Assembly (NCBI RefSeq): GCF_001194135.2
Contig: NC_068986.1
Location: 72,784,383 to 72,848,382, forward strand
Length of the DNA: 64,000 nucleotides
Direction: 5' to 3'
From: Octopus bimaculoides
Taxonomy: Eukaryota
Positions 47,401 through 59,042 of this stretch are shown here, piece by piece. Made by a program: the position numbers and the translations under genes. Below the pieces are notes generated by a model. That model searched no databases, was not told where the DNA came from, and saw nothing but the letters and a program-made list of their open reading frames with translations. The stretch's first letter is position 1. Each line of letters opens with the position of its first letter.

Positions 47401-49297
47401 ATATTTCAAAGCAAATTATTTTCTTTTTGCCATAGTTTATAAAAAACAAACTGATAATAGATTTGTAATTTTACAGGTTTTAATTAGTAAACGTTGTCTA
47501 CGTTGGATAGTAACTGTGATTTATCAGAGTGTAGCTCGAAGACTTGGAGTCCTCTTAGAACCAATTCCGCCTTTCATGCAACTTCTTCGTTGGCAAGAAC
47601 ATCCAAAGTGAGTACCTTTCAAATGGCTTCACTTTTATATTGAAAAGTAATTAAATCTGTAGAGTGGGTGCAATATAAACAAGAATGCATTTTGCACCAA
47701 AAGCCAATATTAGAGTTTCTTGCATGGTAACTACTGCAGTATAGTATGTTGTAATAGGACATCCACATTTAAGTGGGCATACATATTACCTCTCGGTATT
47801 AATACTACCTCTGTCGTTGCTATAGTCTTCAACTGACCAAAGCCTTGTGAGTGAATTTGGTAGAAAAAACTGAAAGAAGTCTATTAGGTATATATAGGCA
47901 AATATGATGGTTCATACTGAGAATTGAATTGTGTTTTCTTTTTTAAATAATGTTCTATATATGCCATATTCCATAAGAGGAATAAGTATTGAGATATCAG
48001 AATTTAAACCAAAATTATCAATTTGAAATTTGAAGCCCAAGTAGGTGTCCACCAACATTGTTGTTCTCATCCTTTTTCTCAATGTCTTGCATCAGCAGAA
48101 TTTTAACTGTAGAATATAGAAAAATGCAGATAATCTGATATATATATATATATANNNNNNNNNNNNNNNNNNNNNNNNNNNNNNNNNNNNNNNNNNNNNN
48201 NNNNNNNNNNNNNNNNNNNNNNNNNNNNNNNNNNNNNNNNNNNNNNNNNNNNNNNNNNNNNNNNNNNNNNCACCACTGGTTCCCCACCATTGCTTGACAA
48301 CCAATGATGGTGTTTATATCCCCATAACTTAGCAATTTGGCAAAAAGAGGTGATAGAGTAAGCTCCAGGCTTAACAAAAAAAAAAAATAAGTACTGGGGT
48401 CGATTCATTCAACTAAAAGCTCTTCGAGGCAGTGCTCCCTCATGGCCACTGTCTAATGACTGAAACAAATAAAGAAATAAAAGATTGTTAAACAATGAAA
48501 GAATGCAATGAGCACAAAAATGATAAAGACACACTGCCATTTTCACAACCTTATTTCTTTACCTACTAAGTGATAATTATTTATAATTTACAATTATATT
48601 TACCTTTTGCTTCAGTTATTTGAACTGCACCCCAATTTGTCTTTCAGTGAACAAGCCAGTTATAAACAGTATACCTATTTAAACACAAATGAAAGTGGAC
48701 GGTTCCTTAGTGAAACACAATGCTATCATTTACACAACGAAGAGGTTGTCATTCCTCCCAGAAGAGTAAGTATTTTCCAGCTTAAATTATCCCAATCTAA
48801 TTAAGTCTCCAAAAATATGCAAATGCAGATTGATTAAATCTCACAAATGATAGTGTATTATTGGTTTAACCGCTGAATGTTCCATCTTCATGTAATGGTA
48901 ATCCATCTCTTTCCTGACTGTTGATTACAACTGAGCATGAGAGAAATGAACTTTTTTGACCAACAATTCTGCTGTGGAGGGCAGATCTACTCACACACAA
49001 CACACACACACATTTCGTTTTTGTATTTAGTTTGCAAGATTCTTGATGTGAACGTGTGTTGAAACATATTTTGTTGTATCTCACAAGAGTCGTCATACCA
49101 ATAATAAATACAACTAACCAGTTTAGCTAATCAATTTTTTGATTAATTATTCAATAATGACCTTCCTGAGATACAACGACATATATATNNNNNNNNNNNN
49201 NNNNNNNNNNNNNNNNNNNNNNNNNNNNNNNNNNNNNNNNNNNNNNNNNNNNNNNNNNNNNNNNNNNNNNNNNNNNNNNNNNNNNNNNNNNNNNNNN

Positions 49298-49334
<37 letters not shown>

Positions 49335-52300
49335 ATTTGTGAAAGCTAGTAAAAAAATGAAGCAACATGCTCTGTTTGGTGTGAAATGTTAATGTGCATG
49401 AATGACATAGACAAATGAGCTTAGAGAAATTGTTTCTGTTAAGCATCCATCTACTCTCCTACCTTCTCTTCATTAAATTCATTCTTTTTTTTTTTCTTTT
49501 TTCTTTTTAGTCAAACTTCATGTTTTCCTGCTAGACGTTCAAACAATTTTGTCTCAATTAATACTTTGTTTTTTTTTTTGTTTTTACTGTTTTAAAAATT
49601 TTATTTTCTTATAGTGGTTTCACAACATTGCAACAAAGCTGTTGAGGGTGGGTCGTATTGCAGAGGGTCAGTTGATGGTACGTAATTACATGAAGCTGGC
49701 TATTTTATTAGACCCTGAAGATCTGGATATGCTGGCTGTCTGGGTAGAATATAATGTTAGTGCTAATGTTAATTTAGAACAGGTAGGTACAATTTGTTAT
49801 TTGAGTTTTACTGCAGATTATTTCTAAGTTTTTAACACAACAGCAATAGAAAACTAACAAATGTATTAAACTTTGGTTAAGTTTATTTTTTTCTTTTACT
49901 TTATATTCAAAAATTTTGTTCTTTAACTCACTATTTGCTTATCAAGAAAATGTGATGTAATTACAGCTACTGTGAGAACATTTAAAACAGATTCTGTAAT
50001 TGGATGTTGAGTTTTTATTTCATAAAACGACCAGATTATTTTTATTCCTTGTTTTAGCTCCTATAATGGTGATTTTATTTGTTATTTAGTATAAGCTCAC
50101 AGTTTATTGTCCAGTGTTAATAGTTGTTACATTTTTTGCGTCGTTACAGTCAAATATTTATGTTTTATATCATTGTGTGTGGGTGAGAGAAGATTTAATA
50201 TATTTTCTTATTTGATCTTTTTGAGAGAAGGTATAGAATTTTTTAATGAGTGTAAAAAAATGAGATTATGCTAATATATTTTAATTGATAGCACCATCTA
50301 CTATATTAAAAGCTGTTGTGAAAAATCACAAAATAATATTTATATAAAAAGAAACCTGTATAACAATGATTATTTTCCCCCTCTTTTTAGTATGAAATAT
50401 TTATTTATTTGTAAAATTATTCATGTATCTATTTTTTTTCTAAGAAATTCTATTTTCACTTCTTGCCTGATTTCTGTATTTGAAGGTGTTGATTAGTGCC
50501 CAAAGACTTTTGTGCTCTGAAGTTCAAAGATTCCAGTGTCTTGGCAAGAGACTTATTCACCGTATTGAAGAAGAACTTGCAAAAGATGGCGAATCTAAAC
50601 CAGTTAGTTTCTCATTTTCGTTTTTATCATAAATTATAGGGAAATATAAACATTAGTTGAAAATAACATAAAAATTAGACATTTTATTTACTTAGAAGTA
50701 GGTGTTGATTTGTTTTTCTAAGATAAATTCCTGTTTAACCTACACATTCTCTTTTCTCATTTTAGACTATGTTCCCTTTTGCTTCACCTTCATCATATTT
50801 ATAGAGACATATAATATTCTTCTTTAGTTATATTGCTGTAGCCTAAATGTTGTAACAATGTGTTTTTAATACATCTATTGCTCTCTTTATATTTGTAAAT
50901 ATAAGGAGAGATTATTTTCATGGCCTTTTTAGGACTTGTGCAGTTAGATGACCAGAACAACTATTTGAAGTTTACAAAGAGTTAAAACTGAAATAGTTTT
51001 CGTCCTGGTCCAACCCTAACATTTGTAATGTAATCTTAGCTGTGAGTGAATGTGGAATTTACATGAGAGGTTATCAGTGTTTGTTTGGCCAATCATTTAT
51101 ATGCACTGTAATATTTTGAAGTGCTTGTTGCTCACATAATCATGATATAATATTGTGAATTTGTTTCATTAATATGCAGAATTCAAAGATTTTGGTATAG
51201 TTGAATGTGACTAGATGTAGTGAGAAGAGTTGAGTTTGGATATAATTTGTTTGAGTAATTAAAGGAAATACTGAAGATAATTAAAGAAAATACTTAAGAT
51301 TTTAGTGTGACAGCTGGAATATTTGGTAGCTGTCACCATTTATTAGCTGTGGACTTAATGGAATCTATTATCTTTTTTCTTTTGACTGTGGTCATGCTGG
51401 GGCACTACCTTGAAGGATTTAGTCAAACAAATTGATCCAAGTAATTTTTTTATAAACCTGGTACTTATTCTATCAGTCTCTTTTGCTGAACCGTTAAGTT
51501 ACAGGGATGTAAACAAACCAATACCAGTTGTCAAGTTGTGGCAGGCTTCATTCAGTTTCCATCTACCAAATCCATTCACAGTCTTTTGTAGGCTCCAGGC
51601 TATAGTAGAAGACACTTGCCCAAGGTGCCATGCAGTGGGATTGAACCCAGAATCTTGTGGTTGGGAAGCAAACTTCTTACCACACAGCCATACCTGTACC
51701 TATAAAGCTCATGAGGAATGAATGGGCTAGCAAAAAATGAAAAATGGATGTTTGCATACATGAAAGCTATGAGTATAGCTTTACTTCAGGAGGACTACTT
51801 ATAAAATAGACAAAAACATTCAGCAAACTGAATCCACGTAATAAGGAACCAAACAGTACAATAAGGAAGAGTTGATGAATTGTGTTATTCAAAGACATGT
51901 TTTATGCTAGGGATAAAATGTTTGTACATATTACATTTGTCTAACAATGTCTTTCAGTTTGTATGAATTCAAAATATAAGTGCTTGGCTAAACAGTCTCT
52001 GATGATCTCTCTGGTTTGAATAATTCACCTTTTATAAACTCCTATCCTCACCAAACTTTTCTGTCTTTCTCTCTCTACAGAAATCTATCTCTATGGAAAC
52101 AACAGTATGTCCTATTCCCATGAAGAGTAACTTCCCTTGTCAACTATGTCTCTAATTTCATTCACTTCCAACATGAAAAAGAAAATAGCATCAATCTAAA
52201 ACAATTGTCTTAATCACCTTCAGTGATTAACCAGCAACTTTGCTAACTTAAGTCATTACTCATCACCTTCTCCATCAGATTCAGTCTCTCTCTCCTCACC

Positions 52301-55300
52301 AGTTACCATCATTACAGTTCCCTTAACTCATATGACAGTCTTCTCTCATCCTAATAAACTTCTACATTTAACATCAGCAAAGTTTTAAACCATATCCGAC
52401 ATAATAACTTCCTCTTAATTTGATTATTGAATGAGTTCCATCCATTTCCCATCACTTGTAATAGAAATTTTCTGTTAGGTCTTTCTATTGTACCAATAGC
52501 ATAGCTCTAATCTCTTGTTCAGTCTACTCAGATTTACTCCAAATTCAACAGTCTTCTCTCTATGAAATAATTTTGTTGTTACACACTCTTCCACACAAGC
52601 CATACCTACCCTTCATTTCAACTTAACCCTTCACACACGCAACTTAACCCATCATCCACATGCAACTTTTATACTTCAGTTTTATTTTCATGATTAGAAA
52701 CTTCAAAAATATCATCCTACAATAGACACAATAACATAGTTTCCTTCAACATCATAAAGATATGACTACAACAAATATGAAAGAAATACTTTAATACTGT
52801 TACATTTTTTTCAAACTAAACATCGATCACTCTGGATCTACCTACAAAAGTCCTGCCATTGCCCTTCTTTTTGAACTAATTATTTAAAATAAAAACTTTA
52901 CTTGTTACCAAAGAATTGTTGCTGTTGGCACTCCATCGCTTACGACGTCGAGGGTTCCAGTTGATCCGATCAACTGAACAGCCTGCTCGTGAAATTAACG
53001 TGCAAGTGGCTGAGCACTCTACAGACACGTATACCCTTAACGTAGTTCTCGATGATATTCAGCATGACACAGTGTGACAAGGCTGACCCTTTGAATTACA
53101 GGCACAACAGAAACAGGAAGTAAGAGTGAGGGAAAGTTGTGATGAAAGAGAACAGCAGTGTTCGCCACCATCCCCTGCCGGAACCTCGTGGAGCTTTAGG
53201 TGTTTTCGTTCAATAAACACTCACAACGCCTGGTCTGGGAATTGAAACCACGATCCTATGACCGCAAGTCCGCTGCTCTAATCACTGGGCCATTGCGCCT
53301 CCTCCAAAGAATTAACAAATACCTAAAATCTAAACAATAATTATTGCAATGAGCAGACAATGAGATTATTGTATACTTTGCTGTAGGGCTGCATTGTAGT
53401 GAAGTAAATCATGTGAAGGATGGCTCAACTTTTAATCTTTCCTTTCAGTTAAACTCTCCTACTGACAAATTGAAAAGCGTTGACATGAGCTAAGGGATAT
53501 AACTCAAATGAACCAGTGGCATGACTTTAAATAAATTAACTAATGGTTGACATACTGAACGTTGCTCTGCTGGAAATCATTATGGTTCTGACACCAAGAG
53601 GTACCATTCAATTCAACAATGTCCACAGTACCAAAAATGTGTATTTAAATGCTTCCCAGAAATTACAAGACATAAAAAAAACAAAAACATCACATGCATG
53701 TACTTATGATAGAACAGAGTCTACAACATATAACACATGTGTGTTTCCAAACAAACATCAGCATAAAAAGTTTCACATGTATGTATATGTGTGTGTGAGT
53801 TTCTGTGTGTATACAAAACTTAAGTATTCATTTAATTATTTACAGGAAGCCCTTGTCCCAAGACGAAGAGCAGACAACCAGGAAGTGGAATTTTCAGTTG
53901 GATTAATCATGAAACATAAGAGGTTAATATTTAACCTACTTACACCTCTTGTCATTCTCTCTCTCTCTCTCTCTCTCTCATCATTCAGTCACTCCCCACC
54001 CCCCAACAGTAAATTGTTAATACTCCATCTACAATAGAGCACTGTTTATCCTTGTTTTCTTTTTACTCCCTATTTCCAGATATGACTACATGTGTGTAAT
54101 AACTGGTTGGGATAAAAAATGTATGGCATCTCAAGAATGGATTCTTGGAATGGATGTTGACCGACTTCAAAACCAAAGGAACCAACCTTTCTATGATGTT
54201 CTGGTCAATGATGGAAGCAACAGATATGCAGCTCAAGGTAACGCTCATTAGTAATGTCCTTCATAATAATCTTGCTCATTTTCAGTTTCACTAAATCTTT
54301 TATACTCAGTAGCTACACAATAGTACTGAAATTGATGTTAGTTACCTTCAGCTCAGCTGAATAATAATAGTCTCAAAATTTGGCATAGGGCCAGCAGTTT
54401 TTGAGGGGTGGAGGAAGTCAGTTTCATCAACCCCAGTACTTGACTTGAATGGATGAAAAACAAACTCATCCTCAGTGGAATTAGAACTCAGAATGTAAAA
54501 ATGGATGAAATGCTACTAAGCATTTTTCCCAGCATGCTGATATTTCTGCTAGCTCACCACCTTAACAATAATAACAATAAAACTGCTCTATTGGAGACAG
54601 TGAGGATTTTGAGATTGTTACATGGGTGTTAAGTATCATGAAAAGAGACCTGGTGAGACCTTTGATAACTGGTTGCTGTCTGCTCTTACAAAATTAACTG
54701 GAGCAAGTAAGACTGAGAGCTCTGAGAAGTGAACTGGAAATAATAATAGTAATAATCCTTTATGTACTATAAGCACAAGGCCTGAAATATTTGAGGAGAT
54801 GAGGTTAGTCAATTCCATCAACCTCAATGCTTGACTAGTACTTTTTTTGGTCAACCATGAAAGGATGAAAGGTCATGTTAACCTTGGCAGAATTTGAACT
54901 CAGAATGTAAAGACAGACAAAATGTCACTAAGCATTTTGTCCAGCATGCTAATGATTCTGCCAGCTTACCACCTTAATAATAATAATAATAATANNNNNN
55001 NNNNTGCTAATGATTCTGCCAGCTTACCACCTTAATAATAATAATAATAATAATAATAGTAGTAGTAGTAGTAGTAGTAGTAGTAATGATGATGATGCTG
55101 ACCAAAATGACAAAAATTTTAAATATGAAATAAAGGTAGTGTGTGTAAATACTAATTACAGGTAAAACTAAATTAGTCTAATAAGTATGATAATGTATGT
55201 AAACAGTAATTGTAAGTGAAAGTATGATAATGTATATAAATAGTGATTATAGGTGAAAGTACAGTATGCAAATAGCAATGAGTGGTAAAGCTAAAGTATT

Positions 55301-56145
55301 GTATGTAAATACTAATTGTAAGTAAACATAATCTGTTGTATGAAAATACTAAGTAAATCTAATCTAGTGTTTGTAAATAGTAATTTTCTTAACAATGAAA
55401 TTTGAATAGATTGACTATTTAATATCGGTTTCTATAGCAAGTCTAGAGAAAACATGAAGTCGTAAATGAACTGGATCTACAGCCAGTTCCAATTTCCAAT
55501 TCAAACCATTTCTCTTATGTATTTTTTTAGATATGAACAATACAACTTCTCATTTCCTTTCCACTGAAAATATCTTTTTTCTGTTTTGTAAAAAAAAAAA
55601 AATCTATCTTAAATTTTTAAAAAGTTGACTTGAATTGTTATAAAATTAATCACATTCAACTTGTCTAATATTTTAGCATTTAAGTCAGCCATATCTGGCC
55701 CAAAAATTCTACCTGCTATATGCTCAAACTATCCAACTCCAGCTTCTCACACCTACCCTACAATGTTATTCCTAAAATATACAACTACATCATCAAAATC
55801 TTGAAGCTACAAAATAATGCATGAGTAATTCAAAACAATGTGAATGCTAAAAGGTTAAAAAAAAATACCTATTTCCAAAAAATTAGTATATTATTATTAG
55901 TTCCTCTTTTATTTATTTATTTATTTGTGAAAGGTGTTAAAACCTAATATTGATATCTTTCTTATTACACAGAGAACCTTTGTATGCCTGACCATGGAGA
56001 AATGATTCAGCACAATGAAACAGGGCGTTATTTTCAAAAGTTCTGTGATAATTACTATTTTCCTAATGAACAAACAATGACTAAATACCCAGATGACTTG
56101 GCAGTAACACAACAGATTATTCAAACACACTATGGATGTTTATAG
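34734..56145 (+). CDS. FBXO21: F-box only protein 21-like (N-terminal F-box, central transglutaminase-like/SirB1-type region, C-terminal YccV-like domain); 12 exons, 1764 nt, 587 aa
   Basis: Exons 34734-34903, 42541-42783, 44196-44317, 45263-45418, 46909-47039, 47477-47607, 48648-48765, 49615-49782, 50486-50602, 53846-53922, 54080-54237, 55973-56145, all GT-AG and phase-consistent. F-box LPQLPTEILVKILCCD...; YccV-like FSVGLIMKHKRYDYMCVITGWD...QPFYDVLVNDGSNRYAAQENL...GRYF...YPDD. Confidence 0.93.
35920..36330 (-). mobile_element. CR1-type LINE 3' fragment
   Basis: YPLRPRTNYYDQSFVPKT (PR.RTN.Y..SF.PRT-like). Confidence 0.55.
38976..39080. repeat. Two-copy tandem duplication, about 52-bp unit
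   Basis: tgtgtgcttgca(c/t)agca..a.tgtc.cag.tatgtgag.agtactctaat twice. Confidence 0.75.
42541..42783 (+). CDS. FBXO21: FBXO21 exon 2
   Basis: 243 nt; WPNVLPK...LIASDP; gtaagc donor. Confidence 0.88.
43150..43585 (-). mobile_element. mariner transposase 5' fragment (HTH region)
   Basis: EQTANMKFCVKLGKSATETLNMLQQIYGDEAM...NDE*SGRP. Confidence 0.85.
44196..44317 (+). CDS. FBXO21: FBXO21 exon 3
   Basis: 122 nt; ENLTKKYYAGKTL motif. Confidence 0.9.
45263..45418 (+). CDS. FBXO21: FBXO21 exon 4
   Basis: 156 nt; GTIYMHNW...LDTLAYEVKKEL...HPTL. Confidence 0.88.
45525..45930 (-). mobile_element. RTE-associated 3'UTR repeat with internal about 65-bp tandem units
   Basis: Reverse complement of the family at 61200-61717 and 62362-62893. 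Confidence 0.8.
46909..47039 (+). CDS. FBXO21: FBXO21 exon 5
   Basis: 131 nt; LIAMNNILYKKHRF. Confidence 0.88.
47477..47607 (+). CDS. FBXO21: FBXO21 exon 6
   Basis: 131 nt; VARRLGVLLEP...LLRW. Confidence 0.9.
48155..48270. other. Assembly gap (N); other gaps at 49189-49297, 54995-55004, 58594-58920
   Basis: Runs of N next to microsatellites. Confidence 1.
48648..48765 (+). CDS. FBXO21: FBXO21 exon 7
   Basis: 118 nt; the phase-2 acceptor tctttcag|t restores the frame; YTYLNTNESGRFL. Confidence 0.8.
49615..49782 (+). CDS. FBXO21: FBXO21 exon 8
   Basis: 168 nt, phase 0/0; LAILLDPEDLDML. Confidence 0.85.
50486..50602 (+). CDS. FBXO21: FBXO21 exon 9
   Basis: 117 nt, phase 0/0. Confidence 0.8.
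52918..53303 (-). mobile_element. Full-length tRNA-derived SINE with 10-bp TSD
   Basis: Head ggaggcgcaatggcccagtgattag...ggtttcaattccca; tail aacagcaac; TSD ccaaagaatt at 52908-52917 and 53304-53313. Confidence 0.88.
53846..53922 (+). CDS. FBXO21: FBXO21 exon 10 (start of YccV-like domain)
   Basis: 77 nt; VEFSVGLIMKHKR. Confidence 0.93.
54080..54237 (+). CDS. FBXO21: FBXO21 exon 11 (YccV-like core)
   Basis: 158 nt; YDYMCVITGWD...QPFYDVLVNDGSNRYAAQ. Confidence 0.95.
55130..55385. repeat. Degenerate minisatellite (aagtatgataatgtatgtaaa.agtaattgtaagtga-like units)
   Basis: Repeated gtatgtaaat..taattg/ataa motifs. Confidence 0.65.
55973..56145 (+). CDS. FBXO21: FBXO21 last exon
   Basis: 173 nt; ENL...GRYFQKF...YFPN...KYPDD; TAG at 56143-56145. 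Confidence 0.93.
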
Positions 56146-56705
56146 ACTGGAAAGGAAAACTGAGTGTGTGTATGTGTCTCTACCATTTCATCTTTTTGGG
56201 ACTCTTTTGAACAGAACCCTCTAGTCTTGTCTCTGGCAATAAAATTACTGTTACCAATATCATGTGAAAAGCAATTATATGTTTTTTTTTATATATATAA
56301 AAATGCATTTAATCTTGATTAACGAGACTGATAATGGTGATAAGGATAATATATATTACTAATTTCTCTCTCTCTCTGTTCATCATGATACCGTTCTTCC
56401 TATTATTGGTATGTAACAATGAATCACTTTCAGTGATAATCTATATATTAAGAAACATTTTGGTGCATTTAAATTTGAGTCTATTAAATGCTCTTAGACA
56501 TACAAAGACATTATAATCACTATATTTAATGTAACTAGATAAATTAATGAATGGAACTGAAATATTTTGTTTTGAAAATGTTACACTACAAAACTATATT
56601 TCACAGTTGCTGATATTACAAAATTTCTGAATCTGAGTTAACACTTTAAGATATTGTTCTTTCTCCAACCTTGATATGCATTTGAATTTTTCCTTTGCAT
56701 ATACC

Positions 56706-56765
<60 letters not shown>

Positions 56766-57164
56766 ATAATACTTTTACATGAAGAGTGGTGACTGTGACT
56801 TTGAAGTTATGGCTTGGCAGCCTTCATTGGAAAGCTAGCAGGACGAAACATCGAAGTCACTGTCATCACTCTTCATGTAATAGTATAATAAGCGTGTACT
56901 CCACAAAATGTATTCAGTAATCCTCCAGTTTAATGCAAAGTTGTTTTTGTTTATAACTCAACATAAAGACATTAATATTTATATCACTGCCAATGTTAAC
57001 ATCTTGTCAAATGTCTGATAGCTTAGATCACCCATATTTTCAAAACAAAGCCCAAATCATCCATCTGTACATATGTAATAAAGCTTTTGCTACTACTGTC
57101 TCTCAGCATACAGCTCAGTAGTATTAGCTAAAGATAACTATTGTAGCTTGTATGCTATTATTGT

Positions 57165-57392
57165 ATTTGATAGCCAGTACTGCCTGACTGGCCCTCATGC
57201 CGGTTGCACATAAAAGCACGCACTACATTCTCGGAGTGGTTGGCGTTAGGAAGGGCATTCAGCTGTAGAAACTCTGCCAGATCAGATTGGAGCCTGGTGC
57301 ATCCATTTGGTTCACCAGTCCTCAGTCAAATCGTCCAACCCATGCTAGCATGGAAAGCAGACGTTAAACGATGATGATGATGATGATGTTGA
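57165..57392 (+). mobile_element. RTE-tail repeat with (GAT)n tail
   Basis: ctgactggccctcatgccgg...gacgttaaacgatgatgat; a similar copy at 58170-58590. Confidence 0.75.
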
Positions 57393-58990
57393 TGTGATAG
57401 TTCTGAGATCAGTGCAATTACTTCTTTAATAAATCAATTATTGTCAATTTCATTTAGGTATAAATTAAACCAGTAATTAGTTGATCATGGTCTTGAACAC
57501 TAACAGTGTGTGGCTTTGAGGAACAAATTACTCTCATTTACTTAGTCAAGCTAACTTTACAAAATATATATATCGACAACTTGTGTCGGGTGTTACGAAG
57601 ATATAAATTTGTATAATCAACCAACCCACTGGAAGCTTTGAGCAGATATCAACATCAACTCATCATGAAATAAGTGAAATAGTTTACAAGTAAACAGTTG
57701 TCTGGGCGTCACTGATATAAAATAAAATAATATATATAGAGAGGTAGATAGATAGTTAAGTAAGTAGGTAGATAGATAGATAAACTTTAGGTTAGTTAAT
57801 GTATGTTTGTGACATATTTCTACTTCTAATGGTAAATTCACTACAATTACCGTGGAGGAAAAAATCTCTCTTATGGTAACAAAAGGTGTAAAAACATCAT
57901 ATCTGCCCAGTGCTGCCTCTTATCAGATTCACAGACATGATAACTGCAGTGAATTTGAGTTACCAAAAAATATGTTTGTGACATACCAATATGTCACAAA
58001 CATATTTTAATTATCCTAAAGTTTGCTTATGCCTAAACACTGCTCGGTGCTGCTACCTGGCACCTTGCTGTACTCAAGAAAACCCATTCTCCACAGCAGA
58101 AATGTTAAGGTAGCATCCTCTGGTGAAGAGGATTGGCTTACAAGAGTCCTATACAAGTGCCTCGTAAAAAACAGTTGTGCCAGTGCCATGATAAAAGCAT
58201 CCAGCATGCACTGTAAAGTGATTGGTGTTAGGAAGGGCATCCAACTGTACAAACCAAGCCAAGTCAGACTGGAACGTGTGTGTGTGTACATATATATATC
58301 TGTATATATGGCTCCCATGCTGGTGGTGACAGGCTCCCGTGCTGGTGTGGTGGCACGTAAAAAGCACCATTCAAGTGTGGTTGATGTCAATATCACCTGA
58401 CTGGCCCTCATGCTGGTGGCACATAAAAAGCACCCACTACACTCTTGGAGTGGTTGGTGTTAGGAAGGGCATCCATCTGTAGAAACTTTGTTAGATTGGA
58501 TTGGAGCCTGGTGCAGCCTTCTGGCTTGCCAGCCCTCAGTCAAACCTTCCAACCGATGCCAGCATGGAAAGTGGACGTTAAACGATGATATATNNNNNNN
58601 NNNNNNNNNNNNNNNNNNNNNNNNNNNNNNNNNNNNNNNNNNNNNNNNNNNNNNNNNNNNNNNNNNNNNNNNNNNNNNNNNNNNNNNNNNNNNNNNNNNN
58701 NNNNNNNNNNNNNNNNNNNNNNNNNNNNNNNNNNNNNNNNNNNNNNNNNNNNNNNNNNNNNNNNNNNNNNNNNNNNNNNNNNNNNNNNNNNNNNNNNNNN
58801 NNNNNNNNNNNNNNNNNNNNNNNNNNNNNNNNNNNNNNNNNNNNNNNNNNNNNNNNNNNNNNNNNNNNNNNNNNNNNNNNNNNNNNNNNNNNNNNNNNNN
58901 NNNNNNNNNNNNNNNNNNNNNAAATGTTGAAGTGAATCTGATGGGTTTTGTGTGTTCTTAAATGGCTTATAAACATCTTCCATGCTGCAA

Positions 58991-59042
<52 letters not shown>

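Noticed and set aside
48616-48647. Alternative upstream acceptor (gcttcag|tta) for FBXO21 exon 7
   Set aside because: Wrong phase for the upstream phase-2 donor; the acceptor at 48648 restores the frame.
53225-53303. tRNA-like sequence (also at 10275-10350 and 28990-29060)
   Set aside because: These are SINE heads followed by SINE bodies, with a TSD in the 52918-53303 copy and no CCA-proximal acceptor stem; they are not tRNA genes.
53543-54037. 164-aa ORF
   Set aside because: Only 53846-53922 is a real FBXO21 exon; the rest is intronic read-through with low-complexity content.
54946-55045. Exact repeat of tgctaatgattctgccagcttaccaccttaataataat on both sides of a 10-N gap
   Set aside because: Typical contig-overlap artefact at a scaffold gap.
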